DNA of 64,000 bases. Source: a virus (taxonomy: Duplodnaviria; Caudoviricetes). The position numbers and the translations under genes were made by a program. Each line of letters begins with the position of its first letter. The first letter of the stretch is position 1. The notes beneath the pieces were generated by a model. The model made no database searches. It had not been told where the DNA came from and saw nothing but the letters and a program-made list of their open reading frames with translations. Positions 29,303 through 38,402 of this stretch are shown piece after piece. The stretch is taken from IMG/VR virus record IMGVR_UViG_3300020112_000486, positions 6,651-70,650 of that record, one strand, 5' to 3'.

Positions 29303-31765
29303 ATGATTAAAAATGTAAAGAAGCGTGACGGGCGTTCACGAGTTTTTAATGCAGAAAAAATCGTTAATGCGATTAACTATGCTTTTAAGGAATCTAAAGA
29401 ATGCATTGAAAACGAACGGCTTGACCACATTATTGAGCGAACCCTTGAAGATGTAGAAAAGCTCGGTAAGAAAACTGTTCAGTCCGCTGCGATTGAAAAG
29501 ATCATCAAGGAACTCTTGATGAATCACGGCTATCATCAAACTGCTGAAGCGTATATTTTGTTCAGTGCTGAAAAACAAAGGGTTCGTGAAACTAACTCAG
29601 AACTTTTCAAGACAATTCGCGAAATTGGCGCAGCTGACCTTAAGAACTCCAGTTTGCTTAGAGACAATGGAAATGTCAATGGTGCTACTGTTGCATCAAG
29701 CTATGCTAAGGCAGGCGGCGAAGCTTGGAAAACATACAATCTTATGACCCATATCAAGCCAGCAAACCGCATTGCTCATTTGAATGGTGACTTGCATATT
29801 CATGACCTTGATTACTATTCATTGACGATGAACTGCTTGTTCATTCCTCTAGCTGATTTGCTAAAGCGCGGATTTGATACAGGTAACGGCTATATTCGTC
29901 CTCCGCACTCAATTGGCTCAGCTGGTGCTTTGGCTGCAATTCTCATTCAGTCATCACAGAACCAGATGTTCGGCGGTCAGGCATTTGCTCATCTTGATGA
30001 TGATCTTGCACCGTATGTAAACGAATCATTCAAGAAGCATCTAAAGGCTGAAGTGAAGGCATGGCGTAAGTATGCTAATGTTAGCGACCAGACCATTGAA
30101 GCTCACACAGTCAATGATAAGAATCTTGACATTAACGATCCTATTCAGCTATGGCATTTGCCTGAACTTGTTGTTAAGGAAGCAATTCTTAAAACTGACA
30201 AAGAAACATATCAGGCTATGGAAGCTCTCGTACATAACCTCAACAGTTTATTCAGCCGTTCAGGTAACCAGCTTCCGTTCAGCTCAGTAAACTTTGGCTT
30301 GAATACAACACGCGCCGGCCGTATGGTTTCACAAAACCTTTTGAAAGCTACTGAAGCAGGTATGGGTGACGGTTCAACCGCAATCTTCCCAATCAGCATT
30401 TGTAAGATGATGATGGGCATTAACGTTGACCCAAGTGACCCTAACTACGACATCTGGGAAAAATCATGTGAAATTTGTGCTAAGCGTTTCTATCCGAATT
30501 TCGTAAACGCTGACGCTTCCTACAATAAGCCTGGTATTCGTTATGATGAAAAGGTCATTGAATGGAACAAGGATATTATTTGGAAGAGAATCGGTACCGA
30601 TGAATTGCTTTCATGCTTGCCTGATGATGTTGCTGATTATGAAGGCGACCATTCTTTAGCAACTGAAGAAATTGGAAAGGCTGAAACAAAGATTGGTAAT
30701 TTGTGGTATACATTGACTGCTGTCAATGGACGCAATTTTACCGTCAAGAGAATTCTTCCTGAAAGCGTTATCGCAACTATGGGTTGCAGAACACGTTCAT
30801 ACGAAGATGTAAATGGCGTTACTCAGACTGATGCAAAGGGTAACCTTTGGTTCACAACAATTAACCTTCCTGCTATCGCTATTCGTGCTAAGAAGGCAAA
30901 AGATCCTATTGAAGCATTCTTCACTGAATTGCAGCAGCGTTGCGAACAGTGCCGCGACATTATGGAAGATCGTTATGAACTTATCGCAAAACGCCATTAT
31001 GAAAACTTCCCGTTCTTGATGCAGCAAGGCGTCTATATGGATTCTGACCCGGCTAACCATAAGCCTGAAGATGAAATTCGCGAAGTGCTAAAACATGGCT
31101 CAAACGCTATTGGCTACATCGGTATCTACGAAGTTTGTAAGCTATTGCTTAATAAGACACTTGGTGTTGACCAGGAAGCTTTTGACCTTGGCTATCGCAT
31201 TGTAAAGCACATTCGTGATTACACCGATAAGGTAAAGAAAGAAACTCATCAGAACTGGTCTTGTTTCGCAACACCAGCAGAAAACGTTTGCGGACGCTTT
31301 GCTGAACTCGATAAGAAGCGCTATGGTGAAATTCCTGACATCACTGATAAAGGCTATTATACCAATAGCCACATGCTACCGTTTGATTTGAAAACAACTC
31401 TAGCAAATAAGCTCAAGAACGAAGCTCCGTTCCACAAGCTTTCCAATGGTGGACACATTTTCTATCATAAGCTTGATGGTAATCCTGCTATGAATGTTGA
31501 AGCGGTCAAGAAAGCAATTCGTGCTATGTATGACGCTGACTTAGGATATTTCACTATAACATTCGACCAGGATAGATGCCGTAAGTGCGGACATATTGGT
31601 ATCATCGCTGATGAATGCCCTAACTGCGGCGCTAAGGACGACGGCGTTAACATTTTGAGAATCCGTCGTATTACGGGATATCTCGTCGGTAGGCCAGGGC
31701 AATCCATTGAAAAGTCTTGGGGTACTGGAAAACAAAATGAATTGAAAAAACGAGTAAACATTTAA
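29303..31765 (+). CDS. nrdD: Anaerobic ribonucleoside-triphosphate reductase with ATP cone
   Basis: VKKRDGR ATP-cone, HIHDLDY, NQMFGGQ, MGCRT, TPAENVCGRF, YYTNSH, CxxC..CxxC, RRITGYL. Confidence 0.96.
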   Translation: MIKNVKKRDGRSRVFNAEKIVNAINYAFKESKECIENERLDHIIERTLEDVEKLGKKTVQSAAIEKIIKELLMNHGYHQTAEAYILFSAEKQRVRETNSELFKTIREIGAADLKNSSLLRDNGNVNGATVASSYAKAGGEAWKTYNLMTHIKPANRIAHLNGDLHIHDLDYYSLTMNCLFIPLADLLKRGFDTGNGYIRPPHSIGSAGALAAILIQSSQNQMFGGQAFAHLDDDLAPYVNESFKKHLKAEVKAWRKYANVSDQTIEAHTVNDKNLDINDPIQLWHLPELVVKEAILKTDKETYQAMEALVHNLNSLFSRSGNQLPFSSVNFGLNTTRAGRMVSQNLLKATEAGMGDGSTAIFPISICKMMMGINVDPSDPNYDIWEKSCEICAKRFYPNFVNADASYNKPGIRYDEKVIEWNKDIIWKRIGTDELLSCLPDDVADYEGDHSLATEEIGKAETKIGNLWYTLTAVNGRNFTVKRILPESVIATMGCRTRSYEDVNGVTQTDAKGNLWFTTINLPAIAIRAKKAKDPIEAFFTELQQRCEQCRDIMEDRYELIAKRHYENFPFLMQQGVYMDSDPANHKPEDEIREVLKHGSNAIGYIGIYEVCKLLLNKTLGVDQEAFDLGYRIVKHIRDYTDKVKKETHQNWSCFATPAENVCGRFAELDKKRYGEIPDITDKGYYTNSHMLPFDLKTTLANKLKNEAPFHKLSNGGHIFYHKLDGNPAMNVEAVKKAIRAMYDADLGYFTITFDQDRCRKCGHIGIIADECPNCGAKDDGVNILRIRRITGYLVGRPGQSIEKSWGTGKQNELKKRVNI

Positions 31766-31783
31766 GATAAAAAATGTTTCCAA

Positions 31784-31819
31784 TATAAATAAAAGGTAGG
31801 GCCGGTACGCCCTACCTTT
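31784..31819 (+). promoter_or_regulatory. Late promoter + perfect 10-bp hairpin
   Basis: TATAAATA then AAAGGTAGGG-CCGGTACG-CCCTACCTTT. Confidence 0.65.
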
Positions 31820-31844
31820 ACTATTATATATCGTTGGAGGATAT

Positions 31845-33734
31845 ATGACAGCTGAATTATTTATATGTAAGATATGCAATAGTCGCGTTGGCTATAAAGG
31901 TGCTTGTTCGCACCTTAAAATACATGGTCTAACTGTACAACAGTATTATGACCAATATGAGAACCCTGTTAAAATATGTTCATGTGGCGCTGATGTAAAA
32001 TTTATATCATTGCGGGAAGGCTATGCTAAACTCTGTACTAAATGTGCTAGAAGACAAGCAAAAGAAAAATCAGAACAAACACAATTACAGAAATACGGTG
32101 TTAAACATTTTTCAAATCCAGAAAAGACAGCTAAAACGAAATTAAAAAAATATGGGAATGCTGGATATAGTAATACTGAAAAACGTAAAAGAACATGTTT
32201 ACAGAAATATGGAACCGAATTCCCATCACAAAATGAAGAAATTAAATTAAAGATTAAATCCACTAACATAGACAAATACGGTGGAATAGGTTTTTCTTCA
32301 AATATGTTAGCCGAAAAAGTTCAAGCCACCTGCGTTGAAAAATATGGTGTTGATAACTTTTCAAAAACCAACACATTTAAAGACAATCTTAAATTGCATA
32401 ATTTAGAAAAATATGGGGTGGAACATTACTTTCAGACTGTTGAGTGTAAAGAAAAAACAAAGCAGAATAATTTAGAAAAGTATGGAGTAGAGCATTACTT
32501 TCAGTCAAAAGAATGTGAAGAAAAATTACGTGCAAAACTTGACGGTAAACGCGGTGCCGCTTCTATTGCTGTTCAGGACGCAATGAAACAAACATGTCTA
32601 TCTAAATACGGTGTAGAACATCCAATGCAGCTACATGAAATATCAAGCAGATGTCATCACAAGTATTCGTTTGATGGAAAGATGTTTGATAGTGCATGGG
32701 AACTAATTTACTACATCTGGCTAAAAGATCATAACATAAGTTTTGTGTTTCAACCTAAAGCATCATTCACCTATACATTTAATAGCAAAGAACATACATA
32801 CAACCCAGATTTTTTAGTTGAAGGAAACTATATTGAATTAAAGGGTTTACAATTCTTTAATAATAAGAACATAAACGAAAAAATGATAAATCCTTTTGAC
32901 AGATCATTAGACGATCTATATGAAGCTAAACATCAATGCATGTTAGCTAATGGCGTGAAAATCATATCTGATATAAGTGAATATGAAAAGTATGTTAATA
33001 CCACATATACACCTGATTTTATTCATTTATTTAAAACCGATGTTGAATTTCCATATCCAAATAATGAAATTATTAAGCGGTTTCATCATAGCATTTATAC
33101 TGCACATGTAGGCAATAAACCTTCGCCCGTTGAAGCATGGCAAAATAAAGACTTAGTTTATAAAACAGCGCTTAACCGTTTAAAATATGTTAAGCGCTGT
33201 AAGCCATCTGACATAGTACAAGGATTTAATGTTAGCAAAATAGCTCCTAAAGTTTCAGTTTTTAAACGATCAGTAGCAAAACACATCGTAGAAACTTATC
33301 TTTCCGAATTTCATACTGTGTTTGACCCATTTAGTGGATTCAGCGGTAGAATGTTAGGCGTTACTGATTGTGAAAAACGTTACATTGGACAAGACATTAA
33401 CGAAACGCATGTAAAAGAAAGCAATGAAATCATTAAAACATTTGGCTTAAACGCCACTGTTATATGTAAAGACATTTTTGAAAGCGAAGGCGAGTATGAA
33501 AGTATGTTTACATGTAGTCCGTATCATTTAAAAGAAATCTGGAACGAAAATGAAACTGATATGAGCTGTGATGAATGGATTGATGAATGCCTTAAACGTT
33601 TTAAATGTAAACGATATGTGTTCGTGGTTGATGAAACTGAAAAATATAAAGATAAAATTGTTGAAACAATCACCAATGAAAGCCATTTTGGAAAAAATAA
33701 TGAATATGTTATTGTGATAGAGCAAATGAACTAA
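31845..33734 (+). CDS. Zn-ribbon/repeat/PD-(D/E)xK nuclease fused to a DNA amino-methyltransferase-like domain
   Basis: Many TxLxKYG repeats; FDSAWE...YNPDFLV...YIELKG; then VFDPFSGFSGR, YIGQDIN, FTCSPY. Confidence 0.7.
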   Translation: MTAELFICKICNSRVGYKGACSHLKIHGLTVQQYYDQYENPVKICSCGADVKFISLREGYAKLCTKCARRQAKEKSEQTQLQKYGVKHFSNPEKTAKTKLKKYGNAGYSNTEKRKRTCLQKYGTEFPSQNEEIKLKIKSTNIDKYGGIGFSSNMLAEKVQATCVEKYGVDNFSKTNTFKDNLKLHNLEKYGVEHYFQTVECKEKTKQNNLEKYGVEHYFQSKECEEKLRAKLDGKRGAASIAVQDAMKQTCLSKYGVEHPMQLHEISSRCHHKYSFDGKMFDSAWELIYYIWLKDHNISFVFQPKASFTYTFNSKEHTYNPDFLVEGNYIELKGLQFFNNKNINEKMINPFDRSLDDLYEAKHQCMLANGVKIISDISEYEKYVNTTYTPDFIHLFKTDVEFPYPNNEIIKRFHHSIYTAHVGNKPSPVEAWQNKDLVYKTALNRLKYVKRCKPSDIVQGFNVSKIAPKVSVFKRSVAKHIVETYLSEFHTVFDPFSGFSGRMLGVTDCEKRYIGQDINETHVKESNEIIKTFGLNATVICKDIFESEGEYESMFTCSPYHLKEIWNENETDMSCDEWIDECLKRFKCKRYVFVVDETEKYKDKIVETITNESHFGKNNEYVIVIEQMN

Positions 33735-33778
33735 AGAAACGCGTTAACATTTAATCCCAATAAACATACAATAAATTT

Positions 33779-33809
33779 GAGCCACAGCGAAAGTTGTGGC
33801 TCTTTTTTT
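33779..33809 (+). terminator. Intrinsic terminator
   Basis: GAGCCACAGC-GAAA-GTTGTGGCTC + T-run. Confidence 0.85.
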
Positions 33810-33964
33810 AGTATACGGTTTTTGAACCCGTAAAGCGTGTTTAATGTATTCAATTTCAAAAGCAATTTAATTATTCAGCGTGCTAAAACAAGGCGTCTAC
33901 ATTCATTTATCAGCGTCATCACCACTGCTTTGGAAACGTAATAAATAAATCAAAGGAGAAATTT

Positions 33965-34510
33965 ATGAATCTCAATGAAGCATTGAACATTCTTGAAAAG
34001 CACGGATTTATTGCTGAGGCTGAAGAACCTGGCTATATGCACGGTGATATTTCAGCCTGGGACCGTGAAAAGATTAAAAAAGGCCAAACACCAAGATGGG
34101 CTAAGAAGGTAACTGAAATTGGTCCTCGTAAGAAAGAACTTCGCCAGTCAAGCTCTTATTCTGAAATTGCTATGAGAAGCGTGAATGCTCCTGATGGCAA
34201 AGCAAAGAAGCCTTATACCGAATCTGATTGGCGCCGTGATAAGGAAAATGCAACAGCAATGAATCAGCGTATTGCTGATGCGGTAGCAGACTTGCTTTCA
34301 AAATTTGAACCGTTTGACCATACTGACGCAAACCAAGAATATGCATCTATTTATGTTAAAGCTGAAGACGGCCAGTTAGATGAATATCGCATATACGGCC
34401 GTATGCGTGGTTATATGGTAAAGTTCATCGGACATGAATCTGTATTCAGCCGCAAATCGGAAGCAGTTGAAAATATCAATGCGGTAGCAATTTACATTAG
34501 AAACGGATGA
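33965..34510 (+). CDS. Putative internal head protein with leader tag
   Basis: MNLNEALNILEKHGFIAE; late promoter and AAGGAG SD. Confidence 0.6.
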   Translation: MNLNEALNILEKHGFIAEAEEPGYMHGDISAWDREKIKKGQTPRWAKKVTEIGPRKKELRQSSSYSEIAMRSVNAPDGKAKKPYTESDWRRDKENATAMNQRIADAVADLLSKFEPFDHTDANQEYASIYVKAEDGQLDEYRIYGRMRGYMVKFIGHESVFSRKSEAVENINAVAIYIRNG

Positions 34511-35139
34511 GAAATCTAATGCTATTATCTGAAGCAAAAACCATTCTTAAGAATAATGGTTACATTGTAGAAAGCAATGTAAAAGGCGATTTTGTTAAAG
34601 GCGAGCGTGGTGGCGAAAAATTCAAAACCCTTTCAAACGATTATACATACGATGATGCAAGACGCTATTTTGCTTCAGCTATCATTGGTGAAGAAAAAGC
34701 CAATGATGAAACTTATTTGAACAACTGGTGGGACGGCATCATGCGTAAGAGCCGTAAGAATCAATTTGAAAAGACTTACGCTGCCTTTGAAAAAATTAAA
34801 GCCGCGGGTAAAGCAAAACTATACCGCGGTGTTATCGTAAATAAAGGCGAAGAAATTGATACTGAACATGCCGGTGTTTGTTGGTCATTCAGTGCCAGCA
34901 TGCCTCGCCGTTGGGTTGAAGACATTTGGGATAAAATGGTCTATAACCATGTTATAAATAATTCAGAGCTTGAAGACTGTGTAAAGGTTATTTTCTCAGC
35001 AACTACTTCTGTTGATAATATGTTACTTCCATATTCGTTCTGGCTTGCCGGACGATTTGAAAGACCTGAATGGGAAATCAGACTAAAAGATGAAAACGCA
35101 GTAGGAAACATTACACAAAGAAATCTTGATGAGGAGTAA
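34507..35139 (+). CDS. Leader-tagged protein, possible ADP-ribosyltransferase fold
   Basis: LLSEAKTILKNNGY; LYRG...GVCWSFS...EWEIRL fits the R-S-E arrangement. Confidence 0.5.
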   Translation: MRNLMLLSEAKTILKNNGYIVESNVKGDFVKGERGGEKFKTLSNDYTYDDARRYFASAIIGEEKANDETYLNNWWDGIMRKSRKNQFEKTYAAFEKIKAAGKAKLYRGVIVNKGEEIDTEHAGVCWSFSASMPRRWVEDIWDKMVYNHVINNSELEDCVKVIFSATTSVDNMLLPYSFWLAGRFERPEWEIRLKDENAVGNITQRNLDEE

Positions 35140-35731
35140 TATGCTATTAAAAGAAGCTAAAGAAATTCTGAAAAAGAATGGTTATCGTCTCGTTGAAGAT
35201 ACTGAAGATTCGGAAGATCTTGAAATTGAAAAAGACGAATTTGCTCGTCGTGTAAAGAGACGCAAGGCTACAATGAAGGGCCAGTTTGATATTTACGATC
35301 ATGAAGATAAAGAATCGCTTCGTCACCCAGATCTTACTGATAAAATTGCTGCTGCTAAGAACTTCAATGGCGGCATTACGGCTAGCGGCGATGTAAAGAA
35401 TGATTTCGTCGTTGAAATTGAGGATCTTGGATGGGAAGTCGCTGGTCAAGATACCTATGGTGACGACGCTCATTTGAGTACTTTGCATGACGCATGGTGC
35501 AAGAAAATCGGCAAGCAACATGTATTCATTTACGTTCATTTCTACAAAGATGGTACTAAGGCACACTATGAAATTGATGCATCTACTAGAACAAAGAGCA
35601 CTAGACATCAGAAGACTGTTGACATTGACGATGGCGTCCAGTTTGCTGATATGCTAGATAATTTGGCAACAACAATGGCGGAGGGTTAATATGCTATTAA
35701 AAGAAGCTAAAGAAATTCTGAAAAAGAATGG
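35137..35731 (+). repeat. 45-nt perfect direct repeat encoding the leader tag (35137-35181 and 35687-35731)
   Basis: TAATATGCTATTAAAAGAAGCTAAAGAAATTCTGAAAAAGAATGG occurs twice. Confidence 0.9.
35141..35689 (+). CDS. Putative internal head protein with leader tag
   Basis: MLLKEAKEILKKNGYRLVED; GAGGAG SD. Confidence 0.6.
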   Translation: MLLKEAKEILKKNGYRLVEDTEDSEDLEIEKDEFARRVKRRKATMKGQFDIYDHEDKESLRHPDLTDKIAAAKNFNGGITASGDVKNDFVVEIEDLGWEVAGQDTYGDDAHLSTLHDAWCKKIGKQHVFIYVHFYKDGTKAHYEIDASTRTKSTRHQKTVDIDDGVQFADMLDNLATTMAEG

Positions 35732-36140
35732 CTACATTCTAGAGTCAGAAGAAATTAGCATTGGTGATCTTGTTGCTTTTGCTAAACTTAATTGTTCAAA
35801 AGCAATGGGTGCTGCTGTATCAGTTAAAGACCGATGCGAATGGCCACTTGTAGAAATTGACATCACAGGTGATGCTGTGTTTAAGAAATACAATGGCACT
35901 TGTATTACTGGTTACTTTAAAGAAAGAACTGGAGCTGGTGCTCGTCGCGGTGCTTCAAAGTATTTTTCAATTTTTCCGGAAGAAGGCAAACTTGTTGTAG
36001 GTCCTGGCACAAGCGAAAGAGTAAATGGAAAACTTTGTCGTTTAATTACCAATGAATATACATACAATTCATGGGACGACTTAATTAAGTTCTTCAATCG
36101 TAATAATTTTAACACAACAAAATTGCCAAAAAACATTTAG
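35691..36140 (+). CDS. Putative internal head protein with leader tag
   Basis: MLLKEAKEILKKNGYILESEE. Confidence 0.6.
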   Translation: MLLKEAKEILKKNGYILESEEISIGDLVAFAKLNCSKAMGAAVSVKDRCEWPLVEIDITGDAVFKKYNGTCITGYFKERTGAGARRGASKYFSIFPEEGKLVVGPGTSERVNGKLCRLITNEYTYNSWDDLIKFFNRNNFNTTKLPKNI

Positions 36141-36453
36141 CGAAGCTAAAGAAATCTTGGAAAAGAATGGGTACCTGTTGGAAAATGATTTTTCATCTGA
36201 CCTTGCATTAAAGAAACTTGATGTTAAAGATGGTGATTTGTATGCAACATTTGACATTGTAGAAACTGAATACTCCGAAGCACTCATCAAATACTATAAC
36301 ATTTTTCCAGGTGACGAATTTACTTCTAAGGTAAGATTCAGCGACAAAGGTGAACCTTACGTAACCGGCTTAAACCACGCGAATTATAGATGGTACTTTA
36401 ATCCGGAAGATTCTCAGAAAATCAGAACTGCTGCTCGTAGCTTGCGTCGTTAA
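36130..36453 (+). CDS. Leader-tagged ORF lacking an ATG before its tag
   Basis: Frame reads KTFSEAKEILEKNGYLLEND; first canonical start is TTG 36157, inside the tag. Confidence 0.5.
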   Translation, partial: KTFSEAKEILEKNGYLLENDFSSDLALKKLDVKDGDLYATFDIVETEYSEALIKYYNIFPGDEFTSKVRFSDKGEPYVTGLNHANYRWYFNPEDSQKIRTAARSLRR

Positions 36454-36462
36454 AGGTGCATT

Positions 36463-37131
36463 ATGAATCTGATTATTAAGTCATCAACAATCAATACATC
36501 TTCAAAGAAAAACCGTGAAATTAAGTTCATCGTAATTCATTATACCGCTGGCGTTACATCAGCAGGTAAAAGTGATGAAAACACAGCAGCTTGGTTTAAA
36601 CGCCTTGAAACAAAAGCTTCATCAGATTATATTGTTGATGATGATTCAGTAACGCAGTTCAACACTGACATTAAGAACCGATATACATGGCACTGTGGCG
36701 GTTCATTATACAAGACAAAAGGCGGTTCTTATTTCAACATATGCAAGAACTCAAACTCTATTGGTGTTGAAATCTGTTCAAACAATGCAACGAAGAAAGT
36801 AACAAACGCAAATGACGCCAATTGGTATTTTACAGAAGAAACTTTGAATAACGCTGTAGAATTAGTTAGACAGTTAATGCAAGAATATAACATTCCAATT
36901 GAGAATGTTATCCGTCACTATGATGTAAACGGTAAACCTTGCCCAGGCATTGTCGGCTGGAACGCTGACACAGGTGATGAATCTAAATGGAATGCTTTCA
37001 AGGCTAGCTTAGTTGATACTCCTGCATGTAATCATGAAAACGAAATTGAGAAACTTAAAGCTGAAGTAGAACTTTGGAAGTATAAATATATTGAGCTAAA
37101 AAACAAGCTTAAATTGCTTACGGAGGAATAA
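36463..37131 (+). CDS. N-acetylmuramoyl-L-alanine amidase (Amidase_2; endolysin candidate)
   Basis: FIVIHYTAG, NSIGVEIC, VIRHYDVNGKPCPG; coiled-coil C-terminus. Confidence 0.9.
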   Translation: MNLIIKSSTINTSSKKNREIKFIVIHYTAGVTSAGKSDENTAAWFKRLETKASSDYIVDDDSVTQFNTDIKNRYTWHCGGSLYKTKGGSYFNICKNSNSIGVEICSNNATKKVTNANDANWYFTEETLNNAVELVRQLMQEYNIPIENVIRHYDVNGKPCPGIVGWNADTGDESKWNAFKASLVDTPACNHENEIEKLKAEVELWKYKYIELKNKLKLLTEE

Positions 37132-37132
37132 G

Positions 37133-37216
37133 ATGAAACACGTTGATACCGCTGACTTTGATCCTCGTAATACTCCGAGCATCATTGAATGGATTCTTGA
37201 CCACATTGAGAGGTAA
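37133..37216 (+). CDS. Small hypothetical peptide (27 aa)
   Basis: GGAGG SD, ATG 37133, fills the gap exactly between amidase and 37220. Confidence 0.4.
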   Translation: MKHVDTADFDPRNTPSIIEWILDHIER

Positions 37217-37219
37217 TAA

Positions 37220-38110
37220 ATGAAAGTAAAAGGCGATAAAGTTTACTTTGAAGCTGATGATTATAAACTAGCTAAAGAATTGCTTAATAAGCGTGTTGTA
37301 ATTCATGCTGATGGAACTGGCCCATTTGGTGAAAACGAAGGCGCTCATGTCACTGGCATGGATGTGGACTATGCTGATAACATTGAGAATTATGACAGTC
37401 TTGAAGGAAAAGGCTGGGACGATCTCGATGATGAAGAAAAAGAATGGTTTGATGGCGAAGACGACTTTGAACAGCTAAATCCATTCTGGGCAGATGGCAT
37501 TGTTTGCATTGACAAAGATCTTGGTCAGTCAGGTATTAACTGGTGTGACTGGGAAATGATTTATGCAGATCTTTGGGTTGAAAAAGAAGATTATGATAAA
37601 GTAAATAAAGTACACACCGTGCATTATGACATGGAAGTTGAAAGTACAAAGTATAGAAGTACAGGTATGTTGCTATCAGAAGCAAAAGAAATCTTGAAAA
37701 AGAATGGTTATAGACTTGTTGAAGATACTGACGATTCTGAAGGTATGTCACTTAGAGATAAAATCGCTATGGCAAAGAAGTTTAATGACGGTCCTGCGCC
37801 TGCCAATAAACCGGCATTTAAATGGACAGGCACTAGGTTCTATAATGCCATTGTTGATGCAGTGAAAGCGCGTGGCCTTAAAGCAAAACGTGACTTAAAT
37901 TGCATCATTGTACGCGGCGTTGGAGACTTTGATTTTGATGGCGGCGATGATTTGATGTATAGAGCCCCTGAAGATGTTGGAAGAATGCGTGTTTATGTTA
38001 ACGGGGATCCGCAAGAATTTGAAGTATTTAATTTTGATATGCAGGATTTGCAGTCATGCATTGATGAAATTGCGGATTTCATCTGTAACTATAAAGGCGA
38101 TGAAGACTAA
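37220..38110 (+). CDS. Two-module protein with an internal leader tag
   Basis: Acidic N-module; internal MLLSEAKEILKKNGYRLVEDTDDSE at ATG 37667, close to the 35141 protein. Confidence 0.6.
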   Translation: MKVKGDKVYFEADDYKLAKELLNKRVVIHADGTGPFGENEGAHVTGMDVDYADNIENYDSLEGKGWDDLDDEEKEWFDGEDDFEQLNPFWADGIVCIDKDLGQSGINWCDWEMIYADLWVEKEDYDKVNKVHTVHYDMEVESTKYRSTGMLLSEAKEILKKNGYRLVEDTDDSEGMSLRDKIAMAKKFNDGPAPANKPAFKWTGTRFYNAIVDAVKARGLKAKRDLNCIIVRGVGDFDFDGGDDLMYRAPEDVGRMRVYVNGDPQEFEVFNFDMQDLQSCIDEIADFICNYKGDED

Positions 38111-38165
38111 TCAAAAGAATTTGTAGCTCCAAGCCTGATAAGATCGGACACGTTTCAAGCTACAG

Positions 38166-38195
38166 CCCTGGGCAGACCGCCCAGGGTTTCTTTTT
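38166..38195 (+). terminator. Intrinsic terminator
   Basis: CCCTGGGC-AGACC-GCCCAGGG + TTTCTTTTT. Confidence 0.85.
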
Positions 38196-38402
38196 ACATT
38201 TGAAAACCTAATTTTTCAAAAAATAAGCAAAAATCCATTCTTAAATTTCATAAATTTAAGCAATTTTATTACAGTTTTTCGTCAAAAACATCTGTAATTG
38301 TGTTGAAAATCATTATTACGGTCAATTATCAAGCAAAACACGAAAACTGTGGTTTTTCTCCCATTTTGCTGTAATAAATACATTAGTGAGGTTTCCTATA
38401 TT

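Noticed and set aside
30520-30780. Intein in the NrdD insertion before MGCRT
   Set aside because: No Cys/Ser block A or HN block G; it looks like an ordinary variable loop.
31802-31809. Loop CCGGTACG as a fourth kissing partner (TACCGG at 42223)
   Set aside because: Only a 6-nt match 10 kb away, and no module A near this gene; likely chance.
36128-36134. Canonical -1 slippery heptamer A AAA AAC
   Set aside because: The tagged downstream ORF is in the +1 frame; the -1 frame gives only a short unrelated extension.
38130-38160. Hammerhead ribozyme (CTGAT...)
   Set aside because: Core CUGANGA and GAAA are not present.
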